IMG/VR virus record: IMGVR_UViG_3300017780_001773
Location: 1-38,596 of that record
DNA length: 38,596 nucleotides
Strand: one strand, 5' to 3'
From: a virus
Lineage: Duplodnaviria; Caudoviricetes
In this document: one piece after another, positions 9,735-18,844 of the stretch
Layout: each line of letters begins with the position of its first letter
How positions within the stretch are numbered: the first letter of the stretch is position 1
Position numbers and translations under genes: made by a program
The notes under the pieces: generated by a model
The model's input: only the letters and a program-made list of their open reading frames with translations
Databases searched by the model: none
What the model was told of the DNA's origin: nothing

Positions 9735-10156
9735 GCCTTGGACCCTTCAGCACCGGACTCAAGAGCTGGCCTGCTCTGGTCCGCAAGCGTCACCTGGACC
9801 TGAAACGGGCAGTGGGCATCAAGCTGTTTGGCGCAGTCATCAAGGACTCCCCGGTGGACACTGGCAGACTCCGTTCCAACTGGCAGACCTCCATCGGGTC
9901 CGTGGACCACACCACCTCTGATTCCGGGGGGACCCTGGCCACCGCCATTGGCACGATGACCCAAGGCTGCCTGGACCTTAAGGACCCATACAAGGCACTG
10001 TTCCTGGCCAACTCGCTGCCGTATACCCACCGGATCGAGTATGATGGTTGGAGCCACACCAAGTCCCCACAGGGAATGGTCAACAAGAACGTCATCCGCT
10101 TCAACAACATCCTCCGCACGCAGAACAACCTGCTCAAGAAGGGGGGTGCCCTGTGA
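9731..10156 (+). CDS. Neck / tail completion protein (HK97 gp10-like)
   Basis: 'SPVDTGRLRSNWQ', 'NSLPY..RIEYDGWS...P.GMV'. Confidence 0.85.
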   Translation: MSLGPFSTGLKSWPALVRKRHLDLKRAVGIKLFGAVIKDSPVDTGRLRSNWQTSIGSVDHTTSDSGGTLATAIGTMTQGCLDLKDPYKALFLANSLPYTHRIEYDGWSHTKSPQGMVNKNVIRFNNILRTQNNLLKKGGAL

Positions 10157-10638
10157 GCCTCGCCAAGGTCCGATCCGCTCTGGTGCAGGGATTCACTGAC
10201 GCTGCCCTGGGGTTCCCCTTTGCCAGTGAGAACAAGAAGTTCACCCCACCAGCAAATGCCCCGTGGTGCGAGCTGTTCTACTTCCCGGGGGAACCCGTGA
10301 TGGCCACGCTAGGTGCCAACGGGATGGACCAGATTGACGGCTACCTCCAGGTCAACATCAACGTGCCCCTCGATTCGGGGACGGGGGTAGCAATGGCCAA
10401 GGCGGACATCCTGCGTGACTACTTCTTTGGGGGGCGCACGCTCACCTACGGTGGCCAGGAAGTCCGCATAAAGGCAGCAGGGACCAAGCCAGGGTTCCCC
10501 ACGGACAAGGCTTTCAAGACCCCCACCGTCATCCAGTTTTACGCACAGATCCTCCGCAACTACGCCCCGTACACCGCAGCCAGCGCACCGGACAGTGCCC
10601 TGCAGGATGACAGCGGCGTTTACATCATCGATGGCTAA
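10153..10638 (+). CDS. Tail terminator (DUF4128-like) with C-terminal extension
   Basis: GTG start overlapping the upstream stop (GTGA); 'EN..F.PP...PW', 'G.LQVNI..P...G' motifs. Confidence 0.75.
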   Translation: MSLAKVRSALVQGFTDAALGFPFASENKKFTPPANAPWCELFYFPGEPVMATLGANGMDQIDGYLQVNINVPLDSGTGVAMAKADILRDYFFGGRTLTYGGQEVRIKAAGTKPGFPTDKAFKTPTVIQFYAQILRNYAPYTAASAPDSALQDDSGVYIIDG

Positions 10639-10639
10639 C

Positions 10640-11737
10640 ATGAACAAGATCCTCCTACTCACCCTAGCTCTCACCGGGTCCGCGCTTGCGCAGGTCAACG
10701 TGGGCAACCTCCCGTCCCTGACTGGCGCCACCATGGCGGAGAACGACCAAATCATGATCCGTGATGTGTCGGTCCCGGGTCTGAGGAAGATCACTGGCGC
10801 GGAGTTCCGCCTGTGGCTGGGGGTGTCAGACATGTCCGGCAAGGCCAACCTCACCGGAGGAAATTCCTGGACCGGGCCGCAGGTCCACGGCGGGAACATG
10901 ACAGTGAACGCTGACCTGGCCGTTGCTGGTGGCGGGTTGTTTGGCTCTGTTACCACTGGCGGGAACGTGACTGGAGTGACCGGGATTTTCTCCAGCGCGC
11001 TCACCATCGCTGGCAATGTGCAGCAAAACGTGAGCACGACGGTGAGTCCCACTTTCGCGGGTTTGGTTTTGGATGGACTTGGCGCATCAAACACGTTGAC
11101 ATTTTCTGGAGGGAGTAACAGCGTATCCAACATCACTGCTGAGAGGCGGCTTGACCTAGCGGCTGGCGTTGGCTGGCAGATTGTAGCAGTATCAGAATTT
11201 CAATCCACTGACGCCACCCAAAGCACCTCGACAACAACTGGAGCAATGCGCACGGCGGGCGGATTGGGTGTGTTTAAAAACGCCAACATCGGTGGCACCC
11301 TCACCGTCACCGGAGCAAGCACGCTAGGGACGGTCAGCGGAACTGGTATAACAGGAACAAGTTTTTTACAGAGTAGCGATTACGTTGCGTTGAGTAGGTT
11401 ACTTTTTACCGGAAATGCGCAAATCAATTCCCCATCCGCAGAAAACATTCAATTGCGAAATAATGCAGGAACTTCATTTGGGTTACTGCAATTAGGTGGC
11501 ACAACAAACCTCTTCCCCGCGATCAAACGCAGTGGACCTTCAGTGGGCTTTCGCCGGGCGGACGACACCATCGGCACCTTTGCCAACCTCCCCGCTGCCT
11601 CCTCTGCCAATGAGGGTTCAGTGTACCCCGTCTCAGACAGCACCACTGTAATATGGGGCGCAACGGTCACAGGCGGTGGATCAAACCACGTGCTCGCATA
11701 CAGCAATGGCACCAACTGGACCGTGATGGCCAAATAA
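10640..11737 (+). CDS. Gly/Thr-rich fibre-like virion protein with apparent signal peptide
   Basis: N-terminus MNKILLLTLALTGSALA-Q; beta-rich repeats such as 'STSTTTGAMRTAGGLGV'; C-terminal 'YSNGTNWTV'. Confidence 0.6.
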   Translation: MNKILLLTLALTGSALAQVNVGNLPSLTGATMAENDQIMIRDVSVPGLRKITGAEFRLWLGVSDMSGKANLTGGNSWTGPQVHGGNMTVNADLAVAGGGLFGSVTTGGNVTGVTGIFSSALTIAGNVQQNVSTTVSPTFAGLVLDGLGASNTLTFSGGSNSVSNITAERRLDLAAGVGWQIVAVSEFQSTDATQSTSTTTGAMRTAGGLGVFKNANIGGTLTVTGASTLGTVSGTGITGTSFLQSSDYVALSRLLFTGNAQINSPSAENIQLRNNAGTSFGLLQLGGTTNLFPAIKRSGPSVGFRRADDTIGTFANLPAASSANEGSVYPVSDSTTVIWGATVTGGGSNHVLAYSNGTNWTVMAK

Positions 11738-11766
11738 CCCCACCAAACTCTCAACCATAACACACC

Positions 11767-12960
11767 ATGAGCACCAACGCTAACGCAGCACAGCACAACT
11801 TCTACTACACCCTTGAAGGGTCCGGTGGAACCAACCACGGCGTCACACCTACCGGCGCAACCACATGGAAACGGCTGCGCCTGTCTGGCCTGCCTACCCT
11901 CAACCTTGGCCGGGGCAAGCTCCAGTCCAAGGAACTCAAGGGCAACCGCATCCAGGGTGATGTTCGCTTGGGGTCCCACATTGTCAACGGGGAACTCCCG
12001 GTTGAAGCCTTGTATGACACCCCGTTCATGGGTGCCCTTGAGGCTACCCTCTGCTCCACCTGGAGCACACCAGCTGCCGCCATGACGGCCAACACCATCA
12101 GTGCGTCCAACGATCCCTCCAAGTTCCTGTTCGCTGGCGACAACGCACCCGTGGTGGTCCCGGGGGACCTCATCTACGTCAGCGGGTTCACCACGCCAGC
12201 CAACAATGGTGTGTTCCAGGTCCTTGACCGGGCCGCAGGGTACATCGAGGTGACATCAGCCTACGTTCTGGAAATTGAGGCTGCGGGGGACACCGTCACT
12301 GTGGAGCCCATGGCCAAGCTCGTTTCCGGCGTCACCCGTCGCAGCTTCTCAATGATGAAGCACTTCGCTGACCTTGACTCCAGCAAGAAGCCGTATCACG
12401 TGTCCAGGGGTTGTGAGTTCAAGTCTGTGACCCTGAACTTCAAGCCAGAGGAACTCGTGGCAGGGTCCTTTGGGGTCATCGGTTGTGACTCCCTGTTCAG
12501 TGAGACAGTGCCCACTGGGTTTACCGCTGGCACTGCCTCCACGGTCAAGCCCATGGACAACTTCGCTGGTGCAGTCATCGAGGGTGATGCCCTCAGCACC
12601 CAGTCATCCCAGGGTATCATCGTTGAAGGTGCGATCACCTTTGACAACGGCCACACCCCACGGATGGTCATCGGGTCCAAGACCAGCCTGGAATACTCCA
12701 TCGGGGTGGCCAGCCTCTCCGGCAACATCAAGCTCTGGTTTGAGGGTGCTGAATTCCTGGACAAGTTCCTCAATGAGGAGGAGACGGCTTTCATCATCAG
12801 CACCAGCGATCCGGCTGGCAACGTGTTTGCCATCGAGTTGCCCCGGGTCCTCATCCTTGAAGCACCGATCACCGGTGACGGAGCACTGATGCTCGACATC
12901 CCCCTGGCCATGCAGGAGCACGGCACCTACGGGTCCCACATCCGCATCTGGCGCAACTAA
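11767..12960 (+). CDS. Major tail tube protein
   Basis: 'GVTP', 'LQSKEL...R...DVRLG', 'SGNIKLWF'; located upstream of chaperones and tape measure. Confidence 0.85.
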   Translation: MSTNANAAQHNFYYTLEGSGGTNHGVTPTGATTWKRLRLSGLPTLNLGRGKLQSKELKGNRIQGDVRLGSHIVNGELPVEALYDTPFMGALEATLCSTWSTPAAAMTANTISASNDPSKFLFAGDNAPVVVPGDLIYVSGFTTPANNGVFQVLDRAAGYIEVTSAYVLEIEAAGDTVTVEPMAKLVSGVTRRSFSMMKHFADLDSSKKPYHVSRGCEFKSVTLNFKPEELVAGSFGVIGCDSLFSETVPTGFTAGTASTVKPMDNFAGAVIEGDALSTQSSQGIIVEGAITFDNGHTPRMVIGSKTSLEYSIGVASLSGNIKLWFEGAEFLDKFLNEEETAFIISTSDPAGNVFAIELPRVLILEAPITGDGALMLDIPLAMQEHGTYGSHIRIWRN

Positions 12961-12980
12961 GGGGTGGCCCGCGAGTACAG

Positions 12981-13073
12981 CAACCGTACAAAAACTTGTT
13001 CAAACAGAACCAGCTGACCCATTACCCATAAAACCTCTCCAATTGCCAGAACACACATTTCTGGCGCAACCTG
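12981..13073. repeat. Dispersed intergenic repeat, copy A
   Basis: About 93 bp, roughly 80% identical by manual alignment to 25130-25222, same orientation. Confidence 0.85.
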
Positions 13074-13091
13074 ACACAAACATACCCCCAT

Positions 13092-13469
13092 ATGAAATCA
13101 ACCCAACTGCACACCCGGACCCTCGCCAACAACGGGGTTTCCGTCCCAATCCTGTACCCAGACGGCACCCCAACCGGGGAGCAGGTCACCATCATCGGCG
13201 TTGAATCTGACGCATTCCGCAAGGCTGCCCGGATCGCAAACCAAGAGCGGGTCCGCATCGCACAGCTCCCGGAGAACCAGCGGGATGATGCGCACGAGAT
13301 CAACCGCAACCGCATGATGGCGTCCCTCGTGACTGGATGGACCCTGGAGGACGAGTGCACGCAGGAAGCTGTGATTGCGTTGTTCAATGAGGCACCCGGG
13401 TTCCTGACCCTGGTGGACACTGAATCGAGTGACCGGTCAAATTTTTTCAAGAAGCCGTCCGGGAGCTGA
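13092..13469 (+). CDS. Tail assembly chaperone (gpG-like)
   Basis: Between tail tube and tape measure; ends '...SNFFKKPSGS' over a slippery site. Confidence 0.85.
   Translation: MKSTQLHTRTLANNGVSVPILYPDGTPTGEQVTIIGVESDAFRKAARIANQERVRIAQLPENQRDDAHEINRNRMMASLVTGWTLEDECTQEAVIALFNEAPGFLTLVDTESSDRSNFFKKPSGS
13442..13448 (+). promoter_or_regulatory. Programmed -1 ribosomal frameshift site (T TTT TTC)
   Basis: X XXY YYZ heptamer in frame; the -1 frame (QEAVRELTTWAENEV...) is open and continuous with ORF 13490-13768. Confidence 0.8.
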
Positions 13470-13768
13470 CCACCTGGGCGGAGAACGAAGTGAAGCTGAA
13501 CAAGTGCCCTGACGGGTCCAAGGTCAGCCTGAGAAAGACACTGACCCACGTAGAAAAATGCACCCACAAGAAAATCACGGAACTGGAGCTGTCAAGAAAC
13601 CAGCCTCAGACCCTTGCCTACTTGTGGGACATCTTCCTGGACCTTTACAACGGGAACCCGTTCAGCCACGTAGAACTGAAAGCCTGGATGGAAATGTACG
13701 ATTTTCAGCTGACCCAGCTGGAGATTGAGGTTGTGAAAACACTGACAAGGATCGTAGCCAATGGATGA
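13445..13768 (+). CDS. Tail assembly chaperone frameshift extension (gpGT-like)
   Basis: -1 frame continuation; 'YLWDIFLDL...ELKAW...L...EIEV' motif. Confidence 0.75.
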   Translation, partial: FQEAVRELTTWAENEVKLNKCPDGSKVSLRKTLTHVEKCTHKKITELELSRNQPQTLAYLWDIFLDLYNGNPFSHVELKAWMEMYDFQLTQLEIEVVKTLTRIVANG

Positions 13769-16172
13769 CATCGTAACACTTGGGATCAAGATCGACTCGC
13801 TTCAAGCTGAGGTCGCAGCGCACCGCATGGAGAAGCTGGCAGACAAGGGGACCAAGGCAGAGAAGTCCGCGTTGAGCATGGGGGCTGCCTTCAAGGTGGC
13901 AGCTGCGGGTGCGGTCCTACTTGGCGGTGCCATTTACAAGATCCTGGAGAAGACCAGTGAATTTCAGGTCCTCAACGCCAACCTGGTCACGGCCACCGGG
14001 GGGATCGAAGGAGCCAACAAGGCATTCGCTGCCCTCAAGGTCCTGGCCACCACTACTCCCTTCACTCTCCAGGAGGTCACCACAGCCTTCACCAAGCTGG
14101 TCAATTATGGGCTAACCCCGTCAGAGCGTGCGATTCGATCCTATGGGGACGCTGCTGCGGCTACAGGAAAGCCCATAATCAGCCTGGTGGAGGGTGTGGC
14201 TGATGCCGTCAACGGGGAGTTTGAACGGGTCAAGGAAGCTTTCAACGTCAAGGCCAAGAATCTTGGGGACACCGTGGCATTCCGCTTCCGGGGAGTCACC
14301 ACCGAGGTCAAGAACAACGCCAAGGACATTGAGGAATACTTCATCAGGCTAGGTGAGACCAAGTTTGCCGGCGCAATGGGCCGTCAGATGGACACCCTCA
14401 AGGGGAAGTTCTCCAACGCTCAGGACGCATGGGAGCTGATGCTCAACGCCATGGGCTCAGGACGGATGCAGGAGCTTGCCAAAGGAGGTCTGACTGACAT
14501 CACTGACAAGCTCAACGACATCACCCAGTGGGCAGAGTCCGGGGGGCTCAACGCTGCGATGTATCAGATTGAAGCGGTGGTGGCCAGCCAGGTCCCCCAG
14601 TGGGAGTCCCTGGGCCTGACCATCGGCAAGGTCCTGGGTGACGGGACCAAGTTGATTGGTGAACTGGTGGCAGACGCTCAACCGGACTCCGCTGAGTGGG
14701 ATCAATACTGGCACGATGTGTTCACCCACTTCCCGTCCAATATTGAATACATGATCAAGCTTTCCCAGATTCATCTGGGGGGGTTTGTGGACAAGTCTGC
14801 TGTAGTTGCTGACCGCTTCAAGTCCATCTGGGAGAAAGCGGTGGGGGCAGTAGCGGACGAGCTGGCAGCCAGCGCACTGGCGTTCAAGCACAACCTCTCC
14901 GGGATCACGGAGGGACGGGCATTGGTGGCTCAAGCTCGCAGTAAACAGGCTGCTGATGCCGCTGCTGCCCAGGGATACTCTCCCCTTGGTGGGGGTGCCC
15001 CTGCCACGGAAGAGGACATCAACAAACGGATTGAAGAGCAGACGGACAAGCTCAACGCGGACACTGAGGCTGCCCAGAAAAACGCGGATGCCCACATCGA
15101 CCGGGCAGCCAAGATGAGACAGTCACTGGCTGAAGTTGACTCCCTACTGGCAGAGCTGGACGCCAACAACAGTTCCCTGCTCCCGCCACCACTTGACCCG
15201 GGCAACCCAGACGCGTACAACACCGATGTGCCCCCGGTCGATGCCTTGGCCGGGTTTTACCAAGGTGGTGATCCGTCCACCTCCAACTCCCCCGGAAAGG
15301 TCCCCAAGGCCAAAAGGGTCCGGGAGTCCCGTGCTACCAATGCGGAGTATGAATCACAGCTGCTTGACACCATCTATGAGCGTGAGGCACAGAACGAGCT
15401 GGAGGCACTGGACCAGTCTGAGGACCGCATACGCCTGTCCTACGACAAGCGCAAGGCAGAGATCCTGGCCAACACCAGCCTCACTGAGCAGCAGAAAGCA
15501 GAGCTGATCAAGCGCAGTGACGCCCAGCTTGCCGCTGCCACGGAGGACTCCACCCGTAAGCGCAACGAGGCACAGCTAAAACTTGCCGGGGAGTTCTTTG
15601 GCAACCTTTCCACCATCTCAGGGGCATTCGGCAAGAAAGGACACAAAGCGGCGCAAGCGGCTGCCATTGCCAAAACCCTGATGGACACCTACTCGTCAGC
15701 CACTGCATCCTACAATGCCCTTGCGTCCATCCCCTACGTGGGACCCGCCTTGGGCTTTGCGGCTGCGGGAGCTGCGGTTGCTGCGGGCTACGCCAACATC
15801 CAGAAGATCCGGTCCACCGAGTACACCGGTGCCTACGCTGACGGTGGCATTGTCCCCGGGAACTCCACCCGGGGGGACCGTCTGTTTGCCCGGGTCAACT
15901 CCAAGGAAGCAATCCTCAACCAGGGTCAACAGAAGCGTCTGCTTGACCTCGCTGACGGTGCTGAAGGAGGCAAAGCTGGTGGGGGTGCCCCATGGCGGGT
16001 CAACATCACCAACACCGCCCCCGGGTACACCGCTGAGGTCAACGAGGACCGTGAGGCCAAGGTCATGGAGATCACGATCAACAGGACCATGGACAGGATC
16101 GCGGCTGAAACCCAACGTGGTGGTGGCCGGGTGGACAAGGCACTCCAAGGAGCATACAAACTGAAACGATGA
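13761..16172 (+). CDS. Tape measure protein
   Basis: 803 aa, helical and Ala-rich; 'TPFTLQEVT.AF.KL..YGL', 'IPYVGPALG.AAA', 'YADGG.V.G'. Confidence 0.92.
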   Translation: MDDIVTLGIKIDSLQAEVAAHRMEKLADKGTKAEKSALSMGAAFKVAAAGAVLLGGAIYKILEKTSEFQVLNANLVTATGGIEGANKAFAALKVLATTTPFTLQEVTTAFTKLVNYGLTPSERAIRSYGDAAAATGKPIISLVEGVADAVNGEFERVKEAFNVKAKNLGDTVAFRFRGVTTEVKNNAKDIEEYFIRLGETKFAGAMGRQMDTLKGKFSNAQDAWELMLNAMGSGRMQELAKGGLTDITDKLNDITQWAESGGLNAAMYQIEAVVASQVPQWESLGLTIGKVLGDGTKLIGELVADAQPDSAEWDQYWHDVFTHFPSNIEYMIKLSQIHLGGFVDKSAVVADRFKSIWEKAVGAVADELAASALAFKHNLSGITEGRALVAQARSKQAADAAAAQGYSPLGGGAPATEEDINKRIEEQTDKLNADTEAAQKNADAHIDRAAKMRQSLAEVDSLLAELDANNSSLLPPPLDPGNPDAYNTDVPPVDALAGFYQGGDPSTSNSPGKVPKAKRVRESRATNAEYESQLLDTIYEREAQNELEALDQSEDRIRLSYDKRKAEILANTSLTEQQKAELIKRSDAQLAAATEDSTRKRNEAQLKLAGEFFGNLSTISGAFGKKGHKAAQAAAIAKTLMDTYSSATASYNALASIPYVGPALGFAAAGAAVAAGYANIQKIRSTEYTGAYADGGIVPGNSTRGDRLFARVNSKEAILNQGQQKRLLDLADGAEGGKAGGGAPWRVNITNTAPGYTAEVNEDREAKVMEITINRTMDRIAAETQRGGGRVDKALQGAYKLKR

Positions 16173-16684
16173 ACTGGCCCGAACACCTACTACCCCGCCC
16201 GTCTGAGAACTACAGTGCTCAGGTGGACCCTGTGCTTGCCCGGACGGAGTTTGAGGTGGGCTTCAGGCAGCGCCGCAAGTTCACTGGCGTTGAGGAGCGG
16301 ATCAGTGTGGATTGGATGGTGACCCAACTCCAGCTGGATATCATGGAGTCATTCATCCAGGTCAACATGAGCCATGGGGCATCCGCCGTTGAGATGACCA
16401 TCATTGGCGTTGACGGCATCCGCCGTGAAACCGTCCGCATCCTTGGTGGGGCAACCAGCAAGGCTTACCTCCCTGGAGGCAGCTACCGGGTCAGTGCCAC
16501 CCTGATCGCAGAACCCAAGGCCACCGCTGACGCAGAGATCATGGCGTGGCTGCTGTACCTTGAGGATGGTAGCCCCGATGGCTTCATGCAGGTTGCAGAA
16601 ATCCTTGCCCTTTACACAGAGTCCTTTTATGGTGTGGCCACTGAGTCCCCTGAGATCACTGAATTCATGTCACTCTACAGTTAA
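16169..16684 (+). CDS. Distal tail protein-like
   Basis: 'WP..LLPRP...Y......RTEFE.G.RQRRKF'; directly follows the tape measure gene. Confidence 0.7.
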   Translation: MNWPEHLLPRPSENYSAQVDPVLARTEFEVGFRQRRKFTGVEERISVDWMVTQLQLDIMESFIQVNMSHGASAVEMTIIGVDGIRRETVRILGGATSKAYLPGGSYRVSATLIAEPKATADAEIMAWLLYLEDGSPDGFMQVAEILALYTESFYGVATESPEITEFMSLYS

Positions 16685-16695
16685 AACACAAAACA

Positions 16696-17538
16696 ATGGC
16701 CACTTTCGCACAATACCTAGCCGCTGGAGTCAAATGGCTCGCAGCAGGGGACAAAGCCCACGCACTCGTCAACGGACCTGCCACTGGCGAGGGTTCCACC
16801 GTGGTGACTGAAGCGGGGACCCTCCCCACCTTTGCCAAGAAGCTCAATGACCTGACGTTGTCTGGTATGGCCCCATTACAGCTAACCACCATCCTGCAAG
16901 GAGGTGCGGAGGACCTTGAGGTCATAGGTGAAGAATACCTGCCAAGATACCGCACAACTGGACTCAGGGAGACACTGGCAGAGCTGTATGAGTCAGTAGA
17001 TTTGCGTAGGGTTCTTTGCACGTTCCACCTACCTGCGTCAGCTGCAGTTGCAGGGACTTACAAGCTAGCATTTAACCTGGAGGCAACCCTGCTGATAAAC
17101 GAGGGGGATGCCCCATTTGGCACTGTTCTTGGACTTGTGGCGGATAACCGGAAGCTGCTGACCGGGGGGAACACCGTTGGGTCCATTTTTGGTTTACCGC
17201 TGAATGGACTCAACGGAACTTATGTTTTTCACAATCTTGCAGACTGGATCACCCTTGAAGCGGTGACGGTTGGGGGTGAGCCTATGTTGACCTTCAAAAA
17301 CGGATTTAGCACACCTAACTACTACTCCAAACTCACCAATGGTGGTAGCAACACAAATGGCCTCATCACCTTTGAAGATCGCACTTTTGATGACCCTGCC
17401 CAGCTTTCATACATCACCCCGGGAGAAGCGTTTGACATCCACCTTGTGCTGGACATCCCAGCCAACACAGATATAACCAACTCGTTTTTGATCCACTGGG
17501 ACGCAACGCTGCAACCATTTGTGTGGACTGAGTTATGA
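16696..17538 (+). CDS. Putative tail fibre / receptor-binding protein
   Basis: N-terminal 'VNGP.....V.TE.G.LPT.AK' anchor-type motif followed by an AT-richer beta-rich C-terminus. Confidence 0.5.
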   Translation: MATFAQYLAAGVKWLAAGDKAHALVNGPATGEGSTVVTEAGTLPTFAKKLNDLTLSGMAPLQLTTILQGGAEDLEVIGEEYLPRYRTTGLRETLAELYESVDLRRVLCTFHLPASAAVAGTYKLAFNLEATLLINEGDAPFGTVLGLVADNRKLLTGGNTVGSIFGLPLNGLNGTYVFHNLADWITLEAVTVGGEPMLTFKNGFSTPNYYSKLTNGGSNTNGLITFEDRTFDDPAQLSYITPGEAFDIHLVLDIPANTDITNSFLIHWDATLQPFVWTEL

Positions 17539-17550
17539 CTTGCCCACCGT

Positions 17551-17784
17551 ATGAAAATCCTCCTTGCCTGCCTCTGCCTGACCTCCTGCACCTCCCTCTA
17601 CCGGGATGGTAAAGTGATTGCCCGCTTCCCCTCTGACATGCAGGAGGTGTACTACCGGCAAAATACGGACGGGTCCTGTGAATGGACCGTCGCAAGCGTC
17701 ACCCCATCCCACTCAATCCGTTCCGCTGGCAACGCTGCCACCAAGGTCCTCACCCCCATTGTCACCGCAAAACTCATCCCATGA
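17551..17784 (+). CDS. Small lipoprotein (possible o-spanin or accessory lysis protein)
   Basis: MKILLACLCLTSC lipobox; ATGA overlap with the endolysin. Confidence 0.6.
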   Translation: MKILLACLCLTSCTSLYRDGKVIARFPSDMQEVYYRQNTDGSCEWTVASVTPSHSIRSAGNAATKVLTPIVTAKLIP

Positions 17785-18428
17785 TCTACCACCACAAAGA
17801 CCCGTCACTGCGCACCCTGCTGATCCAACGTGCCCTCAAGGCTGAGGGGTTCTACAAGGGGGAGTGTGACAACTGGGCCGGTCCCCGGACGGAGGATGCG
17901 TTGCGTGCTTTCCAGCAGAAGCTTGAGCTGCAGGAACCTGCACCAACGGGGTCCCTCCGCAATCTCCACCGGGACATCAATGAGGCAGGCATGGACCTGA
18001 TCAAGCATTTTGAGGGTCTGTTCCTCAATGCGTATCCGGACTCTGTGGGAGTGTGGACCATCGGATGGGGGCACACCGGACTCAAGCACAACGATGGCAC
18101 GGTCAGGGCAGGCAAGACGATCACCCAGGAAACGGCGGATGCCCTGTTCCACTATGACATGGACCAGTTTGAGGGACGGGTTGAGCACTTTGTCAAGGTC
18201 CCCCTCAACGACAACGAATTTGCTGCCCTGGTGGCGTTTGACTTCAACACCGGTGGCCTGGGTGACTCAACCCTGCTGCGGATGCTCAACGCCGGGGATC
18301 GCCGGGGTGCGGCTGACCAGTTCCTACGCTGGGACAAGGCGGGGGGCAGGACCCTTGCCGGCCTGACCCGTCGCCGCCGCTCTGAGCGCAACCTGTTCCT
18401 CTCCAAAACACCCTACATCATACAATGA
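17781..18428 (+). CDS. Modular endolysin: peptidoglycan-binding domain plus GH24 lysozyme
   Basis: 'IQRALKAEGFYKG..D...GPRTEDALRAFQ' PG-binding domain; GH24 triad in 'FEG....AYPDSVGVWTIGWGHT'; 'GLTRRRRSE..LF'. Confidence 0.92.
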   Translation: MIYHHKDPSLRTLLIQRALKAEGFYKGECDNWAGPRTEDALRAFQQKLELQEPAPTGSLRNLHRDINEAGMDLIKHFEGLFLNAYPDSVGVWTIGWGHTGLKHNDGTVRAGKTITQETADALFHYDMDQFEGRVEHFVKVPLNDNEFAALVAFDFNTGGLGDSTLLRMLNAGDRRGAADQFLRWDKAGGRTLAGLTRRRRSERNLFLSKTPYIIQ

Positions 18429-18844
18429 TACCACCACTTGCATTCACCCCGGGTCCAGAGTTCTGGGCACTCCTCAGCTTGGTCGCCACTGGCGCAGGAT
18501 CTGCGGCCACTTTTGCGCTGACCAAGTATTTTGAACTTCGTGCCCGGGAGGTGGAACGGGAGCAGACCCGCCTGGACAAGGAGCAAGAAGCCAAGGCTGA
18601 AGCAGCCAAGGAACTGAGGCACCTGACCGCCATCGCCGCTGTGGCTGTGGAAGGTGGCCAGCGTGAAAAGCGCATCATCAAGGAGGTGGTTGACGTCAAG
18701 AAAGCAGCCCAAGCAAGCATCCGTCTGACCGCTGAAGCCGTCAAGACCAACAAAGAAGCCACCGAAGCTGCCAATGGCATCAAGCGGGACGTGGCTGAGA
18801 AACTGGACACCGTAATCGCACAAACCGCACCCGCTGATGCCTGA
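18425..18844 (+). CDS. Single-TM coiled-coil protein (holin- or i-spanin-like)
   Basis: N-terminal hydrophobic segment followed by a charged coiled coil; overlaps the endolysin stop. Confidence 0.5.
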   Translation: MIPPLAFTPGPEFWALLSLVATGAGSAATFALTKYFELRAREVEREQTRLDKEQEAKAEAAKELRHLTAIAAVAVEGGQREKRIIKEVVDVKKAAQASIRLTAEAVKTNKEATEAANGIKRDVAEKLDTVIAQTAPADA

